Shown piece after piece: positions 30,080 to 38,491 of a stretch of DNA of 64,000 nucleotides. A program made the position numbers and the translations under genes. The notes under the pieces were generated by a model. It saw nothing but the letters and a program-made list of their open reading frames with translations, ran no database searches and had not been told where the DNA came from. Source of the stretch: Nitrospira sp. Lineage in GTDB: Bacteria > Nitrospirota > Nitrospiria > Nitrospirales > Nitrospiraceae. Numbering within the stretch: position 1 is the stretch's first letter; each line of letters opens with the position of its first letter. The stretch lies in the NCBI GenBank assembly GCA_047150005.1, contig AP038806.1, forward strand, positions 1,952,001 to 2,016,000, given 5' to 3'.

Positions 30080-30831
30080 ATCGAATGCTGGGTAAGGTGG
30101 CAGTTATCACGGGGGGCAACGCTGGAATCGGAGAAGCGGTAGCCAAACGAGCAGCCGACGAAGGCGGTCTCGTCGTCATAACAGGCCGTCGTCAGGTCGA
30201 GTTGGAAAGAGTGGTTCACGACATCGAGGCGAAAGGGGGACGGGCTCTGGCCGTAGCGGGATCCGTCACCGACGAGGGACATGCCCGAGACACCGTCGCC
30301 AAGACATTGAAGACCTTCGGTCGGATCGACGCGCTGGTCAACAATGCGGGAGTCGGTGATTTTGGGAAACGCCTTCATGAGATGGATGATGCGACGTGGG
30401 CCCATGTCATCGATGTGAATGTGACCGGCGTCTTGCGCATGACGCGAGCGGTCGTACCACAGATGTTACAACAAGGCCGCGGATCGATCGTGAATATCTC
30501 TTCTATCGCGAGCGTGGTAGGGATTCCGGTGTTGCCGGCCTATGCCGCATCCAAAGGCGCCATTGATGCGTTGACTCGCGCCATCGCCATCGACTACGCA
30601 CAGGACGGCATTCGGTGCAACGTCGTCAACCCGGGCCTGATCGATACTCCGATGGCTGCCCCGCTCATGTCCAATCCGGAGCAGCTTGCCCCGATCCTTT
30701 CCCATTATCTGCTCAAGCGGCCTGGAAAGCCCGAAGAAGTTGCGTCGATGGTCGTCTATCTTCTATCCGATGAAGCCGCCTGGGTGACCGGGGGCACGTA
30801 TATGATTGATGGCGGGATGACCGCCTGGTAG
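30076..30831 (+). CDS. SDR family oxidoreductase
   Basis: TGGNAGIG, NNAG, YAASK, PG. Confidence 0.92.
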   Translation: MNRMLGKVAVITGGNAGIGEAVAKRAADEGGLVVITGRRQVELERVVHDIEAKGGRALAVAGSVTDEGHARDTVAKTLKTFGRIDALVNNAGVGDFGKRLHEMDDATWAHVIDVNVTGVLRMTRAVVPQMLQQGRGSIVNISSIASVVGIPVLPAYAASKGAIDALTRAIAIDYAQDGIRCNVVNPGLIDTPMAAPLMSNPEQLAPILSHYLLKRPGKPEEVASMVVYLLSDEAAWVTGGTYMIDGGMTAW

Positions 30832-30839
30832 GAGGAAGC

Positions 30840-31142
30840 ATGCGAATCCTGAACGTAATGCTGATCTGTTTCCTCGTCGGCAGCGTGGTATCGCCCATGG
30901 CCTTGGCCGAGAGCGGGACGGAATTCCCTGGTACGGTGCTGACGGTGGACCCATCCACAGGAAAATTTGCCGTGAAGAAGGACAGCGGAGGAACCAGATT
31001 CACATTCACGGCGAACGAAAAGACCAAGTATCAGGGCGGACTCACGGGCCTGAAAGACCTCAAGAAGGACGACAAGATCACCGTCGTCTACGAGGTCCAT
31101 GGCCCTCAGTATCTTGCCCTTCGAATCACCAGGCAGCCGTAG
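30840..31142 (+). CDS. Small exported beta-rich (OB-fold-like) protein
   Basis: Signal peptide; SD AGGAGG; GTVLTVD..LKDLKKDDKITV pattern. Confidence 0.7.
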   Translation: MRILNVMLICFLVGSVVSPMALAESGTEFPGTVLTVDPSTGKFAVKKDSGGTRFTFTANEKTKYQGGLTGLKDLKKDDKITVVYEVHGPQYLALRITRQP

Positions 31143-31170
31143 TACCAAGAAGAAGGCGCAAGCGCATATC

Positions 31171-32025
31171 GTGAACATCGATACCCATACTCAATTCTGT
31201 GGGGTCATTGGCAACCCAGTCGAACACTCCTTGTCGCCTGCTATTCATAATGCGGCCTTTCAACGGCTCGAGCTGAATTTCGTGTATCTCGCTTGGCGGG
31301 TCGAAACGATCGGGGATGCGATCCGAGGGCTTCGTGCGCTGGGCAATTTCCGCGGGGCCAGTGTAACGATTCCCCACAAAGTGGGAGCCATGCCGTTTCT
31401 CGATCACATCGAGCCGGTCGCTGGCCATATCGGCGCCGTGAATACCATCGTTGCGGACAAGGGCGCGCTTGCCGGCTACAACACGGACGCCACAGGCGCC
31501 TTGCGTGCGCTTCGGGAAGGGGGAGCTCCGCTGAAGAATGAATCCGTGGTCGTGCTCGGTTCAGGAGGTGCGGCGCGCGCGATCGCCTTTGCACTGGCCG
31601 GACAGGCCGGAGTCAGCCGGATTCATCTCTTGGGGATCGAAGAGCAAGAACGGGTCGTGCTGGCTCGGGAGTTGCGCGATAAAACGGCAGCGGACGTGTC
31701 AGACGCGGTTCTTGAGGATGCCGTGCTGAGGCGAGTGCTACCTGAGGCACGCGTGCTGATCCATTGTACACCGGTAGGGATGACGCCGAAGATCGGATCA
31801 AGCTGTGTGCCGTCCGGCCTGTTACACCGCGACCTTACTGTGATGGACATTGTCTACAACCCTCGAAACACTCAACTGCTGAAGGACGCTGCGGCCTCCG
31901 GCTGCCGCACGATCGCCGGGCTGGAGATGTTTCTGTACCAGGCCGCCGCGCAATTCGAGCTGTGGACCGGGCGACCGGCTCCGATCGACGTCATGCGCGG
32001 GGTGCTGGAATCGCACTTTTCATGA
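31171..32025 (+). CDS. aroE: Shikimate dehydrogenase
   Basis: HSLSP..HN, VTIPHK, GAVNT, NTD, GSGGAARA, DIVYNP, GLEM. Confidence 0.95.
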   Translation: MNIDTHTQFCGVIGNPVEHSLSPAIHNAAFQRLELNFVYLAWRVETIGDAIRGLRALGNFRGASVTIPHKVGAMPFLDHIEPVAGHIGAVNTIVADKGALAGYNTDATGALRALREGGAPLKNESVVVLGSGGAARAIAFALAGQAGVSRIHLLGIEEQERVVLARELRDKTAADVSDAVLEDAVLRRVLPEARVLIHCTPVGMTPKIGSSCVPSGLLHRDLTVMDIVYNPRNTQLLKDAAASGCRTIAGLEMFLYQAAAQFELWTGRPAPIDVMRGVLESHFS

Positions 32026-32522
32026 ACATCGTGCTCATCGGATATCGAGGAGTCGGCAAGAGTTCCGTGGGGAAAATGTTGGCCGCGCAGTTGAATCGCG
32101 AATTGATATCTACGGACGCGGAAGTCGTGCGACGGGCGGGACAAACGATACCCGCGATCGTCGAACAGCATGGATGGGAATATTTTCGCGACCGGGAATC
32201 CGACGTCTGTCGAGACCTCGCCGGCCGGGATAACCTGATCATCGATACCGGCGGCGGCACCGTGTTGCGCCCGCACAATGTGGAGATTTTGAAACGAAAC
32301 GGGACACTCTTTTGGCTCACGGCGTCGGTCGAGTCGATTGCCGCTCGAATCGGCGGTGACACGCAGCGGCCCTCCCTGACCGGGACCAAATCGTTTATTG
32401 AAGAAATTGAGCAGGTGCTCAGGGAGCGTACACCAAAGTATCAGACGGCAGCCGATCACATTATTGCAACCGATGGCCATCCGATTGAGCGTGTGGTGGC
32501 GTGTATTGTCGCGTGCTTCTGA
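32022..32522 (+). CDS. aroK: Shikimate kinase
   Basis: GYRGVGKS, GWEYFRDRE, DTGGG, RPSL, RTPKY. Confidence 0.93.
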   Translation: MNIVLIGYRGVGKSSVGKMLAAQLNRELISTDAEVVRRAGQTIPAIVEQHGWEYFRDRESDVCRDLAGRDNLIIDTGGGTVLRPHNVEILKRNGTLFWLTASVESIAARIGGDTQRPSLTGTKSFIEEIEQVLRERTPKYQTAADHIIATDGHPIERVVACIVACF

Positions 32523-32588
32523 ACCGGGGCTCGGCTGGCACCCCCATTCTTGACAACTTCTCCGTGGAAGTGGTTCAAGTATCTATGT

Positions 32589-32665
32589 GCGCCCGTAGCT
32601 CAGTTGGATAGAGCGTCGGGCTTCGAACCCGCAGGTCGCAGGTTCAATTCCTGCCGGGCGCACCA
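32589..32665 (+). tRNA. tRNA-Arg (anticodon TCG)
   Basis: Cloverleaf: acceptor GCGCCCG/CGGGCGC, D arm GCTC/GAGC, anticodon loop CTTCGAA, T arm GCAGG-TTCAATT-CCTGC, encoded CCA. Confidence 0.95.
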
Positions 32666-33107
32666 AACCGTCCCAAGTCCTATCGCTGATTTCCATGCCG
32701 CAAGCGAACATTCAAGAATGTTGCGGGGTCACGCATCGAAGGACTGACCAGCGTTAGAATGCCGCTCGACGAGTTCATGAGGCCGGCTGCTGCCTCCGGT
32801 CTGCGTCAAAATGGGAATTCTGATTCCGATGATGTTCCTCGAAATCCACTCCACCACATCGTAGAAGCACGAAACGCCAGGATTTCCATGCCATCTCCTC
32901 AGGAATAAGTCCGCTCGTTGCGGACGGTGCTTCGGCATTGCTTCAAGGGCCTCGTGATCCCTAACCTGACCCTATCGATGCCGCGTTCGTGAGTTTGTGG
33001 CGGCCGAACCGCCGTAGTTCCCGTCTCCTTGCCCTGGCTCATCCCCACAGCGGGCCGTTCCTTACAGCCTGGAGTTTTCCTATCGGCCTTGCTTACAATG
33101 ATGCGCG

Positions 33108-35144
33108 TTGAAAGGACTCCAGGTGAAAATCAGGACGATTCGAGGGCGAATAGTGTTTTCCATCGTGCTTGTGGGCGCTATTCCGCTGCTCATAGGTCTC
33201 GTGCTGGCCTACGTGTCGGGCATGCGGTCTCTTCGAGATGTCATCGGCGGGAATCTGCAAGCGGTGGCCGTTCAAGCGGCTGACCGTGTGACCATGTTGG
33301 TGCAGAGCGAAATTCAAGGCGTCCGCCTGCTCGGTTCCGCTCCATTGCGCGTTCGTCAGCCGGTCGAAATCGTGAACCGCTCCTATCCCGTGGATCCGGA
33401 AAAAGTGCGGGGCGTCATTCACGAACGGATGGGGATTTGGGAAAAAGGATTGAATAGCGCCGCCGGGTTGTTGAATTCTGAACTCTCCCGGTTTCTTCTG
33501 GAAACAAAGGTTCGTGACGGAGACAAAGTCGTCGGATTGCTGATTACAGATCAGTACGGAGCGCTGGTCGCAGCAAGTTCGGAGCCCGATCATTACTATT
33601 TCGGGAACGAGTCCTGGTGGGCCAAAGTTCGAGCAGGGGAGGTCTATGTGAGCGGACTGATTCCTGCTCAGGACGGATCGTTCAGGACACCCGAAGAGAG
33701 CATGGACATTGCGGTCCCGATTCTTGATGACCGGCAGCACACCGTGATCGGGGCTGTGAAAGCCTCGTTTCGATTCGACAGTCTCTTTGCGATGATCAAT
33801 CAGATTCGGATCGGACAGACCGGACATGCGATGCTGTTCAATGCGGCGGGGCAGCCGCTCGTCTGTCCGATTCTGCCCCGCCAGGCGCACCGGATTCCCA
33901 GCCGACTCATGGCGATGATCGTCTCTTCCGATCCTGGCTGGGCCATTGCGGAGGACGACGGGCATGGAGCGACGGACACGGTCATCGGGTATGCTCCCGT
34001 GTCCGGGCTGAGGCTTCCGGACAATAGCTGGCATGTCTTTGTGAGACAGCAGCCGAGCGAGAGTTATGCCCCGATACGGGACCAGCTCAGAAATCTCGCG
34101 GCCATCGGATTAGTCATGATCGGACTGCTCTGGGCTATGGGGCGGTATGTGGCTGCTCACATCGTGCGTCCGATCTACGTTTTGCAACGCGGAGTCGAAT
34201 CAATCAGTCAGGGCACCTACGACCGTCCGCTCAATATTCGTACGGGCGACGAATTCGAGGAACTGGCGGCGGCCGTCCATTCCATGGCCGATCGACTGAA
34301 GACGTCACGCTCTGAGCTGGAAGCCTTGAACGTCGATCTGGCCAGACGCGTCGAGGAAAAAACCGCCGAGGCGACGGAGCACATGAAACGGCTGCAGTTT
34401 GCCGAACGTCTGGCGACTCTCGGCAAAGTGGCCAGCGGGATTGCCCATGAGATTAACAATCCGCTGGGGATCATTCTCAACCGGATAGAATGTATGGAGG
34501 TCGAGGCGGCTCATCTGCCTCTCTCCGAGGAGCAGCGGCGGGACTTGCTGGCGCTTCGAACCCAGGCCGATCGGATCTTACGAGTCACGAAGAGCATGTT
34601 GGCGTTGTCCAGAGGGTCCGCAACCGTATTGAAACCCATGGATCTGAATTGCGTCCTCCAATCATGCATCGAGGCCTCGAAAGACCGGGCTGCCGTCAAA
34701 GACGTGAGGATCGAAGCGGCCTTGTCGCCCGGTTTGCCGCCGATCATGGGCGATCGTGACCGGATCGAGACGGTGATGTTGAATCTGATCAACAATGCGC
34801 TCGATGCGGCTCGGGAGGGAACACAGCCTGGCTGTGTGACGGTCCGGTCTGAAGAATCGCGAGGCAAAGAGGGCGATCTGGTAGTGGTCCGGATCAGCGA
34901 TACGGGGCCGGGCATCCCCGAGGAAATGCTGGGACGAATCTTTGATCCCTTCTTTACCACGAAGGACGAGGGGCAGGGCACCGGTCTGGGTTTATTCCTC
35001 AGCTACGGGATTGTGGCTGATCATCGCGGACGCCTTGAGATTGAAAACGGCCGGCGCGGCGCCGTGGCGTCCGTGTTTCTCCCCGCGCTTGTGCCAGTAT
35101 CCGAATCGCATCAGGAGGCCGGATGGGAGCAGGCAAGATTCTGA
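33108..35144 (+). CDS. Membrane sensor histidine kinase (periplasmic Cache-like, HAMP, HisKA, HATPase)
   Basis: Two TMs flanking a ~290-aa periplasmic region; GDEFEEL; AHEINNPL; N box NLINNA; DTGPGI; FFTTK; GTGLGL; start may be GTG 33123. Confidence 0.93.
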   Translation: MKGLQVKIRTIRGRIVFSIVLVGAIPLLIGLVLAYVSGMRSLRDVIGGNLQAVAVQAADRVTMLVQSEIQGVRLLGSAPLRVRQPVEIVNRSYPVDPEKVRGVIHERMGIWEKGLNSAAGLLNSELSRFLLETKVRDGDKVVGLLITDQYGALVAASSEPDHYYFGNESWWAKVRAGEVYVSGLIPAQDGSFRTPEESMDIAVPILDDRQHTVIGAVKASFRFDSLFAMINQIRIGQTGHAMLFNAAGQPLVCPILPRQAHRIPSRLMAMIVSSDPGWAIAEDDGHGATDTVIGYAPVSGLRLPDNSWHVFVRQQPSESYAPIRDQLRNLAAIGLVMIGLLWAMGRYVAAHIVRPIYVLQRGVESISQGTYDRPLNIRTGDEFEELAAAVHSMADRLKTSRSELEALNVDLARRVEEKTAEATEHMKRLQFAERLATLGKVASGIAHEINNPLGIILNRIECMEVEAAHLPLSEEQRRDLLALRTQADRILRVTKSMLALSRGSATVLKPMDLNCVLQSCIEASKDRAAVKDVRIEAALSPGLPPIMGDRDRIETVMLNLINNALDAAREGTQPGCVTVRSEESRGKEGDLVVVRISDTGPGIPEEMLGRIFDPFFTTKDEGQGTGLGLFLSYGIVADHRGRLEIENGRRGAVASVFLPALVPVSESHQEAGWEQARF

Positions 35145-36538
35145 TCGTCGACGACGAAGTGGATGCGCTGGAGAATTGCCGCCGCATCTTGAGCCGACTC
35201 GGGTATGACTGTGCGACCGAACACGACCCGCTTCGTGCCGTACAGCGGATACAACAGGAGCATCCCGATCTGGTGTTCACCGATTTGCGCATGCCCGGTC
35301 TCGACGGGATCGGTCTCCTTGCGGAGGCCAAGCGGGTCGATCCCAAAATCAACGTGGTTCTGTTGACGGCCTATGCGACCGTCCAGACCGCCGTGGCATC
35401 CATGCGGTATGGGGCGTTTGATTATCTGCTGAAGCCTTATACCAGCAAAGATCTGGAGGAGGTCGCCAAGCGGGCATTCGTCAACGGCGAGCAGGCGAGT
35501 CCAAGCGTTCAGTCCTGGCTTGCTCCCGATGGACCGACCACTGTTTCCGATGCCGTGAGAAAGAGCGCCTTGGATCTCATTCTCGGGAACAGTCGGGCCA
35601 TCCATGACGTGAAGGATCTCGTCAAGAAAGTCGCGCGCACGGATGCGAACATTTTGATCTACGGTGAAAGCGGAACAGGGAAAGAGCTGGTCGCCTGCGC
35701 GATTCACGAGGAAAGCGAACGGACCGGCCAGCCGTTTGTGCCGCTCGATTGCGTGGCTCTGCCCGATGCCTTGCTCGAGTCTGAATTGTTCGGACACGAG
35801 AAGGGGGCCTTCACCGGTGCACATGCGGCGAAGGCCGGCCTCTTCGAAGTGGCCAATCGAGGCACGGTCTTTCTGGACGAAGTCGGTGGGATGAGCCAGA
35901 CGCTCCAGTCGCGGCTTCTGCGGGTGCTGCAGGAACGTCACGTCCGCCGTGTGGGAGGCACGCGCTACGCGGACATCGATGTGCGGGTGATTGCCGCCTC
36001 CAACCGCGACCTCGAAGAGGCCTGTCGGAAGGGAGAGTTTCGGGAGGATCTGTACTATCGACTCAATGTGATTCCGATCGTGCTACCGCCGCTGCGGGAC
36101 CGTGAGGCCGATGCGCAGGTCCTGGCGCAGGAATTCCTCAACCGTTTCATGAGGCGGGCGAGCAGCGGATCCGATGCCGCGCCAGCGTTCGATCCTGCGG
36201 CGTTGGCCTGTTTGAAGGCCCATACCTGGCCCGGCAATGTCAGGGAACTTCAGAATGTGATCGAACGGGTGGCGGCGCTGGCCGATGGCCACACGATCCG
36301 GGTTGAACAGCTGCCCGAACCTATCCGTGCCGCGCGATCAGATGAATCCGACGCGGAGGAAACGGCCTCCTACAAACAGGCCAAGCAAGAAGTCGTGCGT
36401 TCCTTCGAGCGCAATTTCCTGCTGGACTTACTGAAGCGCCACAATTGGCACATGAGCAATGCGGCTCAAGAAGCCGGCGTGGATCGTAAGACGATCGAAC
36501 GCATGGTGAAGCGGCATGGTCTTCGGGAGCCGAGCTAG
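35123..36538 (+). CDS. Sigma-54-dependent response regulator (NtrC family), intact
   Basis: Receiver DD..DLRMP; GESGTGKE; ESELFGHEKGAFTGA; FLDEV; FREDLYYRL; WPGNVREL; C-terminal Fis-type HTH. Confidence 0.96.
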   Translation: MGAGKILIVDDEVDALENCRRILSRLGYDCATEHDPLRAVQRIQQEHPDLVFTDLRMPGLDGIGLLAEAKRVDPKINVVLLTAYATVQTAVASMRYGAFDYLLKPYTSKDLEEVAKRAFVNGEQASPSVQSWLAPDGPTTVSDAVRKSALDLILGNSRAIHDVKDLVKKVARTDANILIYGESGTGKELVACAIHEESERTGQPFVPLDCVALPDALLESELFGHEKGAFTGAHAAKAGLFEVANRGTVFLDEVGGMSQTLQSRLLRVLQERHVRRVGGTRYADIDVRVIAASNRDLEEACRKGEFREDLYYRLNVIPIVLPPLRDREADAQVLAQEFLNRFMRRASSGSDAAPAFDPAALACLKAHTWPGNVRELQNVIERVAALADGHTIRVEQLPEPIRAARSDESDAEETASYKQAKQEVVRSFERNFLLDLLKRHNWHMSNAAQEAGVDRKTIERMVKRHGLREPS

Positions 36539-36572
36539 CCAGCCTCTCCCCTCGGACCAGCCTTCCCTCCCA

Positions 36573-36590
36573 TGGGGCGTGGCAGTCCCA
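36573..36590. promoter_or_regulatory. Palindromic candidate activator site
   Basis: TGGGGC-gtggca-GTCCCA; same motif recurs at 38133, 47440 and 47528. Confidence 0.6.
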
Positions 36591-36631
36591 AGTTCTATCC
36601 CAGGGCGTGATAATTCCACGCGATTCTCCAG

Positions 36632-36664
36632 TGGCGTGGCATTTGCCTCGGCATTGCATTTGCT
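36632..36664 (+). promoter_or_regulatory. Two tandem sigma-54 (-24/-12) promoter matches
   Basis: TGGCGTGGCATTTGCC (36632-47) and CGGCATTGCATTTGCT (36649-64), both GG-N10-GC with TTGC. Confidence 0.65.
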
Positions 36665-36763
36665 TCAATGGCAAAGGAGAGATGCGTTCGCGGTTTCGGC
36701 CGTGATGGGCGGTATCCATTCGGCAGGCTGTTCCGGTCACAGAGAAGGGACGAAGTCAAGATC

Positions 36764-37963
36764 ATGGCAACAGAAAAAATTATGATTGTCGACGATGAGC
36801 CGGACGCCATTGAGAATTGTCGCCGGATCCTTAGCCGGTGTCGGTACGATTGCGTGGTGGAAGCCGATCCAAACCGGGCGTTGGCCGCCATCGAGCGTGA
36901 GCGCCCCCAAGTGCTGCTCACCGATCTCCGGATGCCGGGCTTGGACGGCATCGGCTTATTGAAAGCGGCCAAGCAGATCGATCCCACAATCAAAGTGGTG
37001 CTGCTGACCGCCTATGCCTCCGTTCAAACAGCGGTCGACTCCATGAGGCACGGGGCATTCGATTACCTCGCGAAGCCCTTTACGGGGCGGGAACTCCGGA
37101 CGGTGGTTCGGCGTGCTCTGGGTGAAGGAGCTGACGAATCGGGCAAACACGAGGATACTTCACTCCTTCAGGCCGAGAACGCCATATCCGTTCAGGAAGG
37201 AGCATTGATTGGCAACAGTGCGCCGACCAAGATCGTGCGGGAGCTCATTGAGCGGGTGGCGGCCACGGAGGCGGCCGTACTGATTTCCGGCGAGAGCGGA
37301 ACAGGCAAAGAATATGTGGCGCGAACGATCCATGCCGGAAGTGTGCGCCGCTTGAAGTCGTTCGTGCCGGTCGACTGCCTGGCATCCGACGAAGCGGCAT
37401 TGGAGAGACAGCTGTTCGGCGCCGAGGCGGCAGCGGCCGACAGCGATGCCGGATCACAGCCGGGGCTGTTCGAATTGGCGCACGGAGGCAGCCTGTTCTT
37501 GGATGAAGTCGACGGCCTTAGCCCTCGGCTGCAGGCGAAAGTCGCGCGAGCGCTGAAGGAACGACGGGGACGTCGGGTGGGAGGAAGCCGGTTTTTCAAC
37601 ATCGATGTGCGTGTGATGGCTGCGTCGACTCAGCACCTGCAGCGCCTATGCGGCAGCGGCGAATTTCGTGAAGACCTCTATTGGCACCTCAACGTCGTTC
37701 CGATCGAGCTTCGTCCGTTGCGCGAACGTGTCGAGGATATCGAAGCCTTGGCGCAATGGTTCCTCCAAACCTTCCCGTCGCGCAAGCCCGACCGTCAACG
37801 ATTGCCGTCCGGCTTCACTCCCCGGGCGCGCATGCTCCTTCTCCGATACCCCTGGCCCGGCAATGTGCGCGAGCTGCGGAATGCCGTCGAGCGTGCGGCC
37901 GTCATCGCGGATGGATCTCCCGTCGATCTCATACATCTTCCTGATCGACTGGCCTCGTCTTGA
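36764..37963 (+). CDS. Degenerate sigma-54 activator paralog (receiver + AAA+; no GAFTGA, no HTH)
   Basis: Receiver closely similar to the upstream regulator; Walker A/B kept; loop reads LFGAEAAAADSDAG; FREDLYWHL; ends right after the AAA+ domain. Confidence 0.88.
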   Translation: MATEKIMIVDDEPDAIENCRRILSRCRYDCVVEADPNRALAAIERERPQVLLTDLRMPGLDGIGLLKAAKQIDPTIKVVLLTAYASVQTAVDSMRHGAFDYLAKPFTGRELRTVVRRALGEGADESGKHEDTSLLQAENAISVQEGALIGNSAPTKIVRELIERVAATEAAVLISGESGTGKEYVARTIHAGSVRRLKSFVPVDCLASDEAALERQLFGAEAAAADSDAGSQPGLFELAHGGSLFLDEVDGLSPRLQAKVARALKERRGRRVGGSRFFNIDVRVMAASTQHLQRLCGSGEFREDLYWHLNVVPIELRPLRERVEDIEALAQWFLQTFPSRKPDRQRLPSGFTPRARMLLLRYPWPGNVRELRNAVERAAVIADGSPVDLIHLPDRLASS

Positions 37964-38132
37964 CGCCTGTCCTGCCGCGCTTCTCTCCTGTCGTCTCACA
38001 TCCTCGTTGTCCTGCTGCAAGCAACCATGAATTGTCCCGCTGCGCCTCAGTCCGGCGCGCGGGGCTGTCTAAATCGATAGACGGTCTATCTCTTTGATTT
38101 CCTGCCCGTTTCCCTCCTGCCCCAAGAAATGA

Positions 38133-38150
38133 TGGGACGGCGGAGTCCCA
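38133..38150. promoter_or_regulatory. Palindromic candidate upstream activator sequence
   Basis: TGGGAC-ggcgga-GTCCCA perfect palindrome; extra half-site GCCCCA at 38119. Confidence 0.65.
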
Positions 38151-38244
38151 TCCGGCGAGAAGACGCTTCAAAGCTCTTCGCACAATAGAATTGTTTGACC
38201 GCGTGAATTGCGGTGTTTCATGCGTCGGGATGCGCTGGTTCGAC

Positions 38245-38260
38245 GGGCATCGATGTTGCC
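38245..38260 (+). promoter_or_regulatory. Sigma-54 promoter of oxidase module 1
   Basis: GGGCATCGATGTTGCC (GG-N10-GC), ~95 bp downstream of the palindrome. Confidence 0.65.
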
Positions 38261-38491
38261 AATACCATTGGTGCCGGTGAGGGAGCGAGTATTTGGACCG
38301 GCCTCCGAATACCGGCATCTTCACGGAGATGCTCCCCTCACCGGCGTTAATCATCGTGAAGCCGGGCCTGTCGGCGTCACTCGGAGAAGCGACGCAGTAC
38401 AAGCGAAGAAGTGGGCGACCGAAACGATCGGGAGACATGTCATTAGCCCACCGTCCGAGAAACGGTGGTGGCAGAAGAAGGAGGCCATGAT

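Noticed and set aside
36764..37963. Treating the second regulator as a pseudogene
   Set aside because: Uninterrupted frame, intact receiver and Walker motifs and its own promoter elements; losses are confined to output functions, though decay is not fully excluded
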